Positions 47,752 to 57,306 of a stretch of DNA of 64,000 nucleotides are shown one piece after another. The translations under genes were made by a program, and so were the position numbers. Positions within the stretch are counted from its first letter, which is position 1; each line of letters starts with the position of its first letter. Source of the stretch: an uncultured Rhizobiaceae bacterium. GTDB lineage: Bacteria > Pseudomonadota > Alphaproteobacteria > Rhizobiales > Rhizobiaceae. The stretch is from contig CAYLGY010000001.1 of assembly GCA_964383325.1 (NCBI GenBank), forward strand, positions 7,230 through 71,229, read 5' to 3'. The notes under the pieces are model-generated. The model did not search any database. It had not been told where the DNA came from and saw only the letters and a list, made by a program, of their open reading frames with translations.

Positions 47752-48852
47752 TCAGCAGAAATTTGTTCCTACCGTTTCCACCGTTGCGGCCCTTGAATGC
47801 ACGGAATCTTCCGTTTCGTTCGGAAGCAGCCACACCCGATCCGGATCCCATGACAGCCAGACCTGAGCGCCCTCCGAAAAGCGCGCTCGTGCTCCTCCGA
47901 CATTGACCGTGAACATCTGTCCGCTCCCGGTCTCGACCGAGTACCGCGCAACTTCTCCCAGGAAGACCACGTCGCGCACGGTGCCACGCACGAAACCGCT
48001 GGCGCCGTCTGCCGAGATCTCTTCCGGTCGTATCAATCCGCAGACGCGTTCCCCCTTCGCGCGACCGTAGGCGGAGCACGGATAGCGGGCGCCGTTGATG
48101 AGGATGGCACCGTCGCCGTCGAGCGTGCCTTCGACGAAATTTGCCAGGCCGAGGAAACCCGCCGCAAAGCGTGTGCGCGGCTTGTGATAGATCTCGTCCG
48201 GCGTTCCGATCTGCTCGACCCTGCCGCCGGCCAGCAATACGATGCGGTCCGAGAGCGAGAGCGCTTCTTCCTGGTCGTGCGTCACCATGATGGTCGTGAT
48301 GCCGAGGCTGCGCTGCAGCGACCGGATTTCCGACCGCACCTCCTCACGCAGCTTCCGGTCGAGCGCGGCGAGCGGCTCGTCCAGCAGCAGAATGTCAGGT
48401 TTGAAAACGATGGCGCGCGCGAGCGCGACGCGCTGCTGCTGGCCGCCGGACAATTGGTGGGGGCGACGCTGCTCGAAACCTGTCAGGCGCACCAGCCGCA
48501 AGGCTTCTGACACACGCGAGCCAATTTCAGATGAGGGCAATTTCCGCACCTTGAGCGGAAACGCTACATTGTCGAAGATGCTCATATGCGGAAAGAGCGC
48601 GTAGCTCTGGAACACGAGACCTATGTTCCGCTGCGCGGCCGGTACATGCGTAATATCACGATCGCCGAGATCGATACGGCCGGTGGTCGGAGCGGCGATG
48701 CCGGCGATCAACGAGAGCATGGTCGTCTTGCCCGAACCGCTTGGTCCCAGGATGGTGGTGAACTCGCCGGATTCTACCGAAAGCGTCAGATCGCCAATGG
48801 CCGTGACCGAGCCATAGGATTTCGATACATCGGAAAACCGAACTTTCGTCAT
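47752..48852 (-). CDS. ABC transporter ATP-binding protein (PotA/MalK-like with C-terminal TOBE-like domain)
   Basis: Motifs GPSGSGKTT, LSGGQQQRVALARA and LLLDEPLAALD. Confidence 0.9.
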   Translation of the reverse strand: MTKVRFSDVSKSYGSVTAIGDLTLSVESGEFTTILGPSGSGKTTMLSLIAGIAAPTTGRIDLGDRDITHVPAAQRNIGLVFQSYALFPHMSIFDNVAFPLKVRKLPSSEIGSRVSEALRLVRLTGFEQRRPHQLSGGQQQRVALARAIVFKPDILLLDEPLAALDRKLREEVRSEIRSLQRSLGITTIMVTHDQEEALSLSDRIVLLAGGRVEQIGTPDEIYHKPRTRFAAGFLGLANFVEGTLDGDGAILINGARYPCSAYGRAKGERVCGLIRPEEISADGASGFVRGTVRDVVFLGEVARYSVETGSGQMFTVNVGGARARFSEGAQVWLSWDPDRVWLLPNETEDSVHSRAATVETVGTNFC

Positions 48853-48886
48853 TGCTGTTCGTCCTGTCGACCGGCCATGGAGATCC

Positions 48887-50314
48887 TCAGGTGACCTGCG
48901 GCCAGTTGGTCCTGGGCCTTATGCCAGCGCGCTCGGCGGTTCGGGCGGCAGAGTGGCGGGCCAGGTGGTTGATCTCGGCCTCGTCGAGCCGCACCAGTCG
49001 CCCATGCCGGACGATGATCTCGCCGTTGCAAAGAACAGTGTCGACTCCCTTGGTGCGGGAGACGAGCATGAGCTGTCGCACCACGTCGATGTTGGGCTGC
49101 GCGTCCGGCAGCTCCGTGGAGCGCAGGACGATGTCGGCGCGCTTGCCGACTTCGATGCTGCCCACTTGCTGCTCGAACCCGAGCGCGCGTGCGCCGCCCA
49201 GCGTGAACATTTCGAGGATGGATTCCGCTGGCAGATACTCGCTCCATTCGCGGCTGACCAGATAGGCGATGATGCCGAGGTCGCCGAAGGCCCAGGTCTT
49301 GGCGATGTCCGTTCCAAGGCCGATCGCGGTGCCGCGCCGCTGCAGTTCGGGAAAGGCGCTTCGGCCAGTCTGCGAGATCGCGTAGTACATGAAATTGCCG
49401 GGGTGCCAGACCAGTGCCATGCCGCTTTGCGCGACTGCCTCGATCTCCTCGCGCGACAGGATATTCATGTGCGTAAAGACGCTGTTCGGCCCGATCAGCC
49501 CCTGTTCGGCAAAGTGAACCATGGCCGGCTTGCCGAAACGCTTCTCGTCATAGCCGGCATCGGAGACCATGAGGCTTTGATGCTGGTGGAAGACGGTTCC
49601 TTCACGGTCGGCCAATGTTTTCGCGGCGCGCATCAGCTCATCCGTGGCGCTGCCGACCCCGTAGATCGCCACATGGCCGCGAGCAAGCGCATCCTCGTCC
49701 CGATTGCGCTTCAGCTGCCCGCCCATCTCCTTCATGGCGCGGTCGTGGCTGCATGGTGCTGCCGGTATGTCGGCGGCCATCGGTTCGCCGCCGACCAGAT
49801 CCCACAACATGCAGTCGCTGACGGAGCAGCGTATGCCGACGGCTCCAGCAGCCTCTACGATTGCGTCGGGAGAGAAGCTGGTGGCTGCATCGACAAAACC
49901 CGTGAAGCCATTCCGCGCCATTTCCGCCGAAGCCATGAGGGCGCTGGCGTACTCGTCCTCTTCCGTGACGGCATTGATCCAGCGCGTGAACACGCCCGGA
50001 CCCGCGCCGCCTTCTTCCTTCGGTGGGTTGGGATTGTCGGTTATCGAGCCCCTGCTAAGGTGCAGGCCGGCATGGTAGTGGCCGTCAATGAAGCCGGGAT
50101 GCACTGGAGCGCCCTTCGCATCCAACCGACGCGCCGAGCGCCAGGAGCGCTCGATCTGCAATGTCGGACCGACTGCGGCGATCTTCCTGCCGACGATTGC
50201 GATCGCACCGTCCGGATAGATGGTGCGTGTACCGTCCATCGTAAGCACATAACCGTGGACGATCAGCAGATCGCAGCTTTTCGGTGCGCCGTTGCTCTGT
50301 TCGTTGAGGCTCAT
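48887..50314 (-). CDS. Amidohydrolase-superfamily metallohydrolase
   Basis: 475 aa. N-terminal beta-sandwich followed by the HxH metal motif (HPGFIDGHYHAG). Confidence 0.8.
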   Translation of the reverse strand: MSLNEQSNGAPKSCDLLIVHGYVLTMDGTRTIYPDGAIAIVGRKIAAVGPTLQIERSWRSARRLDAKGAPVHPGFIDGHYHAGLHLSRGSITDNPNPPKEEGGAGPGVFTRWINAVTEEDEYASALMASAEMARNGFTGFVDAATSFSPDAIVEAAGAVGIRCSVSDCMLWDLVGGEPMAADIPAAPCSHDRAMKEMGGQLKRNRDEDALARGHVAIYGVGSATDELMRAAKTLADREGTVFHQHQSLMVSDAGYDEKRFGKPAMVHFAEQGLIGPNSVFTHMNILSREEIEAVAQSGMALVWHPGNFMYYAISQTGRSAFPELQRRGTAIGLGTDIAKTWAFGDLGIIAYLVSREWSEYLPAESILEMFTLGGARALGFEQQVGSIEVGKRADIVLRSTELPDAQPNIDVVRQLMLVSRTKGVDTVLCNGEIIVRHGRLVRLDEAEINHLARHSAARTAERAGIRPRTNWPQVT

Positions 50315-50317
50315 GGC

Positions 50318-51988
50318 CTATTCTCCGATCTTCCCGGTCTCGCGATCCCATGCACCCTGCCGCAGGTCGCTCTTCTCCTTGAGAAGGCTCTGCTTCTGCA
50401 CGCGCATGGAGGGTGTCCGCTCGAAATCCGTGTCGCGGAATTCGATGAAGCGCGGGATCTTGAACGCGGCGAGATTGGCCTGGCAGAAGGCGATCACCTC
50501 CTCCGGCGGAAAGCTCTCGTCGGGCCTGAGCTGGATGTAGGCCTTGACCTCTTCGCCCCGCAAATCGTCCGGGACCGGAACGACCGCGGCCTCGACCACC
50601 TTGGGATGCGACCTCAGGACCCCCTCGACCTCGGCGGCCGAAATGTTTTCGCCGGAACGACGGATGATCTCCTTCTTTCGTCCGACGAAGTAGAGCAACC
50701 CGCGTTCGTCGCGGCGGGCAACGTCGCCGGAATGGTACCAGCCGCCGCGGTTGGCTTCAGCCGTAACTTCCGGCCGGTTCAGGTAGCCGGCGTAAAGGTC
50801 CGGTCCGCCGATCAGGCATTCGCCGGCCTCGCCCAAGGGCACGTCGACGTCATTGTCGTCGACCAGCCGGATGGTAACGCCGGGCGGCTCCACGCCCATC
50901 GTACCGGTGCCGACGAGCTCGTCGGCCAGATGATGCGGCACGCGGCTCATCACGCCACCTTCGGTGCTGCCGTACTGGTTGTGCCATTGGAAGCCGTAGC
51001 GGTCGAGCATCTCTCGATGCAGTTCCTTCGGCAGGCCGGCATGGATGGCGAGGCGGATGCGATGGTCCCGCTCCGCCGGGCCGGGTTCTCCCTTGAGAAG
51101 AAGAGCCGGGATCGAAGCGATGGAGAGTATTTCGGTCGCGTCGTATTTCGTCACCACCTCCCAGAAGCGCGATACAGAGAAGCGGCGCATCGCTACCATG
51201 GTGCCCCGGCTCGCGAGCGAGGTGAGCAGCTGGATCGCAGGGTCGGCGTAGTAGAATGGCAGACAACACAATTGCCGGTCCTGCCAGCCGCGCCGGAACA
51301 GGCGCAGGTCGATATCGATCACCCGCAGCCACCAGCCGTGATGCAACATGCAGCCCTTCGGGGCGCCAGTCGTTCCCGAAGTGTAGTAGACTGTGACGAT
51401 ATCCTCGCGCTCGCACTTCACCCTGGTGAAGTCGAGCGGCTCGGCCGCGTTCTCATAGCGAGCCAGACCATCCGGCTCGTCCCCTTCTACCACGATGATG
51501 TGCTGGAGAGACGGGGAATTGCCCCGCACGGCTTCGATGATCGGCTGCTGCGTCTTGCCGATGATCGAGACGGTGGGTTGCGCGTCAGTGACGATGTGGC
51601 CGGCGTCGTATTGCATGGCGGTCGGAGCGATGGAGACCATCGTCGCCCGGTTTGCGATAATGCCGAAGAGGGCGATCATGAATTCCAGGCGATTGTCGAG
51701 CATCATGACGACGCGGTCGCCTGGCTTGACCTTGTCGCTCAGATAGCCGGCGAAGCGCTGGCAGCGATCCAGAAACTCCCGCCGTGTCATGACAGGACCG
51801 CCGTCGATGATGATGGCAGGCCGCTCGGGATCCTCCAGGCAGCCCTGCACGACGATTTCGACCACCGTCTGATGGGGCACCGCGCTCCAGTCCGGCGCGA
51901 CATTCTCGTGCTTTACCCAATGTGCCGGACGAGGCGGCACATCCGCCACACCAAGTTCCGTTCGAGCGTTGGTAAGGGAGTTCATCAC
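50318..51988 (-). CDS. AMP-dependent acyl-CoA synthetase/ligase
   Basis: AMP-binding motif YYTSGTTGAPKGCML. 556 aa. Confidence 0.85.
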   Translation of the reverse strand: MMNSLTNARTELGVADVPPRPAHWVKHENVAPDWSAVPHQTVVEIVVQGCLEDPERPAIIIDGGPVMTRREFLDRCQRFAGYLSDKVKPGDRVVMMLDNRLEFMIALFGIIANRATMVSIAPTAMQYDAGHIVTDAQPTVSIIGKTQQPIIEAVRGNSPSLQHIIVVEGDEPDGLARYENAAEPLDFTRVKCEREDIVTVYYTSGTTGAPKGCMLHHGWWLRVIDIDLRLFRRGWQDRQLCCLPFYYADPAIQLLTSLASRGTMVAMRRFSVSRFWEVVTKYDATEILSIASIPALLLKGEPGPAERDHRIRLAIHAGLPKELHREMLDRYGFQWHNQYGSTEGGVMSRVPHHLADELVGTGTMGVEPPGVTIRLVDDNDVDVPLGEAGECLIGGPDLYAGYLNRPEVTAEANRGGWYHSGDVARRDERGLLYFVGRKKEIIRRSGENISAAEVEGVLRSHPKVVEAAVVPVPDDLRGEEVKAYIQLRPDESFPPEEVIAFCQANLAAFKIPRFIEFRDTDFERTPSMRVQKQSLLKEKSDLRQGAWDRETGKIGE

Positions 51989-52827
51989 GACACCTGCGCG
52001 TAGCCGTTTTTGATGATCAGATTGCCGTCCATGTCGGCCGCTTCGAAGCCGACAAGTCCGTCAGTACCGGCCCAATGATCGACGGAGATCGTCTGGCCGG
52101 GCATCAGCAGGAGTGGATGCGCGAAGCGACAGCCGAGGCGCTTCAGCCGAGGCGTATCGCCGTCGCAGTGGCGATCCACAATGGCCCGGGCTGCGAAAGC
52201 GAGCGTGCACATTCCATGTACCAGGGGTGCTGCAAAGCCAGCCTTCGCCGCCGCAGCGGGATCAATTGTATACGCCGAATAATCGCGCGCCGCATCGGCA
52301 TAGCGGCGGGTCTGGTCGGGCGCAAGAGTGTAGTTCTCGGTCTCGGCGGCCGTTCTGGTGACCGCAGGGCGCTGCGGTGCGCCATCGCCCTCCGCGAGCC
52401 CGGAGGCCTCCCCGCGAACGAGACAAGTGCTGTATTGGGTGCAGACGGACTCGCCCGTGTGGGTGAGCGTATCGGACCGGACGATGTAGGTGATGCCGGC
52501 GCGGTTGCCGCGCACGCCAATCAGCGTCGAATTCGTGAACAGCCGCTGGCCCGGCACAATCGGCTGATGGAAAACGAAATCGTGCTCGCCATGCAGGACG
52601 AAGCCGTCGACGGCCCGTTTCAGGACCTCGACCATGCTCTGCATGACCGGCACATGCGCGAAAACCGGCGAAGCGAACTCGCCGGCAAGGTGCCGCGGGT
52701 TCTCGTCGTCCACCGAACTGGCAAATTGCGCGAGCCGGTGGCTGCTCACCCGGAACTCCTCGGAGTCCCGGGTGAAGCCCAGCGGCAGCGCCTCTGCGGC
52801 GCCCGTGCGGGCAGCGTTGGCATTCAT
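51985..52827 (-). CDS. Double hot-dog MaoC-like protein with a degenerate catalytic motif
   Basis: 280 aa. The C-terminal half has ...RDYSAYTIDPAAAAKAGFAAPLVHGM where the canonical motif is GDxNPxHxD. Confidence 0.65.
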   Translation of the reverse strand: MNANAARTGAAEALPLGFTRDSEEFRVSSHRLAQFASSVDDENPRHLAGEFASPVFAHVPVMQSMVEVLKRAVDGFVLHGEHDFVFHQPIVPGQRLFTNSTLIGVRGNRAGITYIVRSDTLTHTGESVCTQYSTCLVRGEASGLAEGDGAPQRPAVTRTAAETENYTLAPDQTRRYADAARDYSAYTIDPAAAAKAGFAAPLVHGMCTLAFAARAIVDRHCDGDTPRLKRLGCRFAHPLLLMPGQTISVDHWAGTDGLVGFEAADMDGNLIIKNGYAQVS

Positions 52828-53723
52828 GTCGGTAGTCCCTCAACGAAGTCGCCCAGCTTCGGAAGCCGGGGAAGCTTTTGACTCAATGCCTCTTTCAAAT
52901 CCTCGATCTCCCAGCGGCCCTCGGTCCGGATGTCGACCTCGATTGCGCTTGGCGCGATCACCTCGACGCGGTTGCCATAGGCCTGGAACACTTGCCCGGT
53001 TGCCGGACAGTCCGCCAATGCCAGCCAGCAGATCAGTGGAGACACGTTGTCCGGCGAAAATACGTCGAAGACACCTTCGGGCGGCGCCTTGAGAGAAGTC
53101 TCGATGCGCGTTCGCGCTGAGGGCGAGACAGCATTGGAGCGGACCCCGTACTTCGTTCCCTCGATCGCCAGGGTGCGCGACAGGCCGACCACCGCGAGCT
53201 TCGCAGCCGCATAGTTGGCCTGGCCAAAATTGCCGACGAGGCCAGCGAGGGAGGTAGTGTGCACGATGGAAGCCGCCACCTGCCGCCCCGCCTTGCCTTC
53301 ATTGCGCCAGTAGGCCATGGCGTGACGCGACGGCGCCGCATGTCCCTTGAGATGGACGCGAATTACGGCGTCCCATTCCTCTTCGGACATGTTCGCGAAC
53401 AGCCGATCCCGCAGGATGCCCGCATTATTGACCAGGATGTCGAGGCCACCGAAATGATCAATGGCCAGCGCGACCATCTCTTCGGCGTCCCGCCAGTCGG
53501 CCACGTCATGACCGCTGACGATCGCCCGGCCGCCATTCGCCCTGATTTCGGCGACGGTTTCCTGTGCCGGAGTTGCGTCGCGCCCATTTCCCTGAAGATC
53601 GCCACCCAGATCGTTGACCACGACTGCCGCACCCTGCGCAGCCAGCGCCATCGCGTAGGACCGTCCCAGGCCTCGGCCGGCGCCCGTGACAATGGCGACA
53701 CGTCCTTCGAGGTGTCCCGGCAT
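52824..53723 (-). CDS. SDR oxidoreductase, MFE-2-type (3R)-hydroxyacyl-CoA dehydrogenase-like
   Basis: ORF trimmed to MPGHLEGRVAIVTGAGRGLGR.... VVNDLGG, NNAGILRD and YAAAK motifs. Confidence 0.8.
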   Translation of the reverse strand: MPGHLEGRVAIVTGAGRGLGRSYAMALAAQGAAVVVNDLGGDLQGNGRDATPAQETVAEIRANGGRAIVSGHDVADWRDAEEMVALAIDHFGGLDILVNNAGILRDRLFANMSEEEWDAVIRVHLKGHAAPSRHAMAYWRNEGKAGRQVAASIVHTTSLAGLVGNFGQANYAAAKLAVVGLSRTLAIEGTKYGVRSNAVSPSARTRIETSLKAPPEGVFDVFSPDNVSPLICWLALADCPATGQVFQAYGNRVEVIAPSAIEVDIRTEGRWEIEDLKEALSQKLPRLPKLGDFVEGLPT

Positions 53724-53882
53724 CAGATTGTAGCCCTTACATATGTGGAAACAGCTGTCACAGCGCCTCCCACCTGCTCCTGCGGCAAGGTTCACCTCCC
53801 TGAAATCTGACGTCGCCACTCCTCTGCTTGCCAATTGCGTAGCTGGACAGTGCCGACCGCTTGTGATGGACAGGAAAGAATA

Positions 53883-53912
53883 AAATGAATATGATGTCAA
53901 CATCAATTTTCG
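53883..53912 (-). promoter_or_regulatory. Shared ~30-nt box, copy A (faces the SDR...MaoC operon; also 59 nt upstream of the aminotransferase gene)
   Basis: The minus strand reads GAAAATTGATGTTGACATCATATTCATTTT, 26/30 identical to copy B at 56025. Confidence 0.55.
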
Positions 53913-53969
53913 CCGCGATCCTTCGGCAAACACTGGGCCTGATCGGACCGCGCGGGGCAAGGAGGACCA

Positions 53970-55196
53970 ATGTCGATCAAAACTCCATTTTCTCCATCAC
54001 GTCCGGCTTTCTCCCGGTGGATGTCCGAAAGCAACAACATCACCCAGCAATTCATGGCGATGGGTATAGATCCCGAGTTCATCAGCCTCGCTGGAGGACT
54101 TCCGGCGGCGGAATTCTATCCCGGCGACGCGATTGCGGAGGCGAGCCGGAAGGCGCTGGCGAGATGGGGCTCGGCCGCCCTGGAATACGGGCCGATCGAA
54201 GGTTTTCCGGCGCTTCGCGAACACATTGCGAGACGCATCAGCCAAGAGGCGGGTCGGCAGTTCACGGTGGACAATGTGCTCCTGACCGTTGGGGCCATGC
54301 AGGGACTTGACTTGCTGGGCAAGATCCTCATCGACCCCGGTGAGATGATCGTGGCCCAGTTCCCAACCTATGTCGGCGCACTGGACGCATGGCGGCCGCG
54401 CTCGCCCGTCTATGAGGCGCTCGACTGGTCGGAGCCCGGAACAAGCGTGGAGGCGCTTCGGACGGCGAAATTCGTGTATACTGTCCCGAACTATTCCAAT
54501 CCGACCGGGGCGCTGGTTCCGACCGCCGCGCGCCAGGCGCTTCTTGAAAAGGTCCGGCAAGCCGGTACGTGGCTCGTCGAGGACGATCCCTATCTGCCGT
54601 TGCAATATGACAGGCCTTCCGGGCCGAGCATCCTTGCGCTGCAAGGCCGCATGGAGCCGGATGGCGAGTATGACGGGCCGGTGATCTACCTCGGCACGCT
54701 GTCGAAAAGCATCGTCCCCGGCTTGCGCGTCGGATGGACCATCGCCTCGCGCCAGATCATCCAGGCCATGGCGCTCGCCAAGCAGTCATCCGACATCAGC
54801 AGCTCGATGCTGACCCATGCGATCGCGCTTGAGCTTCTGGAAGCCGGCCGCGAGGCCACGCATGTCCCGACCATCGTCGGGCATTATCGGGAGCGGCGGG
54901 ACGCGCTTTGCGCCGCCGCCGAGGTGCATCTCTCCGAATGGTTCGAATGGGAGATGCCGCCCGGCGGCATGTTCGTATGGATGCGCAAGCGCGATCCGCG
55001 GATCGACACGGACAGGCTATATGCGGCTGCGCTCGCGGAGAAAGTTGCTTTCGTACCGGGCAGTGTCTTCGATCCGGCCGGCCAACTGCGCTCGGCAATG
55101 CGCGTCAATTTCACGAGGAACGCACCGGACATTCTCGAAGAGGGCGTCGCGCGCCTTGCGCGGGCAACGAAGCGCTTCCTCACCTCGAACTACTGA
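53970..55196 (+). CDS. PLP-dependent aminotransferase (class I/II, ARO8/LysN-like)
   Basis: 408 aa. The YLGTLSKSIVPGLRVGW motif is the Schiff-base Lys region. Confidence 0.8.
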   Translation: MSIKTPFSPSRPAFSRWMSESNNITQQFMAMGIDPEFISLAGGLPAAEFYPGDAIAEASRKALARWGSAALEYGPIEGFPALREHIARRISQEAGRQFTVDNVLLTVGAMQGLDLLGKILIDPGEMIVAQFPTYVGALDAWRPRSPVYEALDWSEPGTSVEALRTAKFVYTVPNYSNPTGALVPTAARQALLEKVRQAGTWLVEDDPYLPLQYDRPSGPSILALQGRMEPDGEYDGPVIYLGTLSKSIVPGLRVGWTIASRQIIQAMALAKQSSDISSSMLTHAIALELLEAGREATHVPTIVGHYRERRDALCAAAEVHLSEWFEWEMPPGGMFVWMRKRDPRIDTDRLYAAALAEKVAFVPGSVFDPAGQLRSAMRVNFTRNAPDILEEGVARLARATKRFLTSNY

Positions 55197-55228
55197 AGGA
55201 CGGGCAGGCGCAGTCGCCCTGAGCCGGC

Positions 55229-55942
55229 CTATACGCCCGGAGGATCCTTGCAGTAGACGGCGCGGTACCAGACGGTCGACAGCATCAAGGCGAGGTCGTC
55301 GGCGCGGGACGGGTCTTCCTCCTCGAACAGGAAATCGCGCGTCACGATCACTGAATAGAGATAGTGGAAGACCATCCCTTCCAGTGCGTGCGCGACCGCA
55401 AGCGCGGAGCCGTGCGGGCCGATCTTGTAGTTGCCGCGCCGGGTAATCGACCGCGCGATCGCCTCGATCCATTTGAGATGAACTGGGCGCCAGATTTCGC
55501 GGAACTCCGGCACCTGGCTCTGGAGCTGCACATGGCACTGCATGAGCCCCGGATTGGCGCGGTAGGCCGCAAGGAAGAAGCGATTGGTATTGAGGATCGC
55601 GTCAAACTCGCTGCGCCCGCGTCCGACCTGCCGCGCCCGTTCGTAGAGATACTCGATGAACTCCAGCACGACCTCAATCGCGATCTCGTTCTTGTCCTTG
55701 TAGTAGACATAGAACGTTCCGAGCGCGACTTCGGCATAGGCGCAGATGTCCGACACCTTGACGTCCTGATAGCCGCTTTCCTCGAGCGCGCGGGCGGCAG
55801 CGATCTTCAGCCGGTATCTCGTCCGGTCGCCTTTCGACGAGAAGGACAGGGTAGCGAGACCCTCGGCGAGATGATCGGCATATTGACCGATCTGGTCATC
55901 GATCGCGGCTGCGGCGGTTTTCGATCCGGCTTCACTTGCCAT
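55229..55942 (-). CDS. TetR-family transcriptional regulator
   Basis: N-terminal HTH ...IAAARALEESGYQDVKVSDICAYAEVALGTFYVYYKDKNEI. Confidence 0.8.
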   Translation of the reverse strand: MASEAGSKTAAAAIDDQIGQYADHLAEGLATLSFSSKGDRTRYRLKIAAARALEESGYQDVKVSDICAYAEVALGTFYVYYKDKNEIAIEVVLEFIEYLYERARQVGRGRSEFDAILNTNRFFLAAYRANPGLMQCHVQLQSQVPEFREIWRPVHLKWIEAIARSITRRGNYKIGPHGSALAVAHALEGMVFHYLYSVIVTRDFLFEEEDPSRADDLALMLSTVWYRAVYCKDPPGV

Positions 55943-56024
55943 GGTGGCATCCTTTCAGGGGCGATATTGCACCGCGCCCTTCCTGAATCAACCTTGCGTT
56001 GGATAGCATGCGTTGACGGACGCA

Positions 56025-56054
56025 GAAAATTGATATTGACTTCATGTTCATATT
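56025..56054 (+). promoter_or_regulatory. Shared ~30-nt box, copy B (tetR / thiolase-like divergent region)
   Basis: GAAAATTGATATTGACTTCATGTTCATATT, followed by TATAAT. Lies 92 nt upstream of ATG 56146. Confidence 0.55.
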
Positions 56055-56145
56055 GTATAATTCCTGATTTGGAAATGGCCCGCAAGCTCGGGGGTGCCAG
56101 GCGCCGCCCGTTGCTACGGCGGCCCTGTGCAGAACGGAAGATATC

Positions 56146-57306
56146 ATGCCGCATCCACTTGCTTCCTCGCCTGTCTACATCGTCGGGGCGGCCGAGGCGC
56201 CGCTGGGGAAGGTACTCGACCAGAACGAATTCTCGATGGTTGCCATGGCGGCGCAGGAAGCGCTTTCAGAGGCCGGGTTGGGCATGCGCGACGTGGATGC
56301 CGTCTTCACCAACTACATGGGAGAAGAGGGCTCCGTTCAGCTCGGCGAATATCTTGGCCTGCAGCCGCGCTATGCCGAATCGTCCGACATGGGCGGCGCC
56401 TCTTTCGAGTTCTTCGTGCATCATGCCATGGCCGCGATCGCGACCGGCCGGTGCGAGGTGGCCCTGATCGCCTACGCTTCGCGCCAGCGCAGCCGGCGGA
56501 ACCGCAAGAAGTCTGCCGCGGCGCTCGATGGCTCGCTCTCCGCCCAGTTCGAGACACCTTACGGCATCCATTTTCCAATCGGCCACTATGCGCTGAGTGC
56601 CGCGCGCTACATGCATCAGTACGGGGTCGGGCCCGAACATCTTGCAGAGATCGCAGTCGCAGCGCGCCAGTGGGCGGCGCTGAATCCGAAGGCGTGGGTC
56701 CGCGACCCGCTTACGATCGACGATGTCATGGCCTCGCCGCTGCTTTGCGATCCGCTGCGCAAGCTGGACTGCTGCCTGGTGACGGATGGCGGCGGCGCGA
56801 TCGTGGTCGCGCGCAGGGAGCGGGCCCGCGACGCGGCAAAGCGTCCAATCCGCGTGCTCGGCGCCGGTGAAAGCCACGTGCAATGGCATGTCGCACAATG
56901 CCCCGACCTGACCGTCACCCCGGGGGTGGCATCTGGCCGGGATGCATTCGGAATGGCGGGCATTACCCCGGCCGACGTAGACGTGTTCCAGCCTTATGAC
57001 AATTTCACCCACGCGGTGCTGCTCTATCTGGAGGATCTTGGCTTCTGCAAGAAGGGCGAGGCCGGCGACTTCGTCTCCGAAGGACGACTGCGGCCTGGCG
57101 GAGGCCTGCCCAGCATGACCTCCGGCGGTGGCCTCTCCTATTGCCATCCGGGGGCGCTTGGTATCCTTCTGCTTATCGAAGCCGTGCGTCAGCTGCGCGG
57201 CGAAGCCGGCCAGCGCCAGGTGCCGGATGCAAGGATTGCCGTGGCGCATGGTACGGGCGGATTGGCCTTTTCAACTGCTTCCACTGTGGTGCTTGCTCGT
57301 GACTGA
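56146..57306 (+). CDS. SCP-x/thiolase-fold protein apparently lacking the nucleophilic Cys (Ltp2-like aldolase candidate)
   Basis: 386 aa with a thiolase-like fold (…SGGGLSYCHPGALG…). By-eye alignment puts Gly-83 (DMGGASF...IATG) where thiolases have Cys (NQLCGSG...IATG). Confidence 0.75.
   Translation: MPHPLASSPVYIVGAAEAPLGKVLDQNEFSMVAMAAQEALSEAGLGMRDVDAVFTNYMGEEGSVQLGEYLGLQPRYAESSDMGGASFEFFVHHAMAAIATGRCEVALIAYASRQRSRRNRKKSAAALDGSLSAQFETPYGIHFPIGHYALSAARYMHQYGVGPEHLAEIAVAARQWAALNPKAWVRDPLTIDDVMASPLLCDPLRKLDCCLVTDGGGAIVVARRERARDAAKRPIRVLGAGESHVQWHVAQCPDLTVTPGVASGRDAFGMAGITPADVDVFQPYDNFTHAVLLYLEDLGFCKKGEAGDFVSEGRLRPGGGLPSMTSGGGLSYCHPGALGILLLIEAVRQLRGEAGQRQVPDARIAVAHGTGGLAFSTASTVVLARD

Noticed and set aside
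48953-52003. A 1016-aa uninterrupted ORF on the + strand spanning 3 kb
   Set aside because: It is exactly antisense to three well-supported genes (amidohydrolase, acyl-CoA ligase, start of the hot-dog gene). Its composition is the Arg/Asp/Gly/His-rich pattern typical of shadow ORFs in high-GC DNA, and it carries no recognisable motifs. The same applies to the other long antisense or alternative-frame ORFs (e.g. 28946-30097 and 30230-31219 opposite secA, 10132-11460, 11556-12740, 37325-38815, 38821-40293, 705-1607).
56030-56060. Assigning exact -35/-10 hexamers within the shared box (TTGACT ... TATAAT)
   Set aside because: The spacing is only 14 nt for TTGACT/TATAAT and 20 nt for TTGATA/TATAAT, so neither is canonical. 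I report only the conserved box, not a defined promoter.
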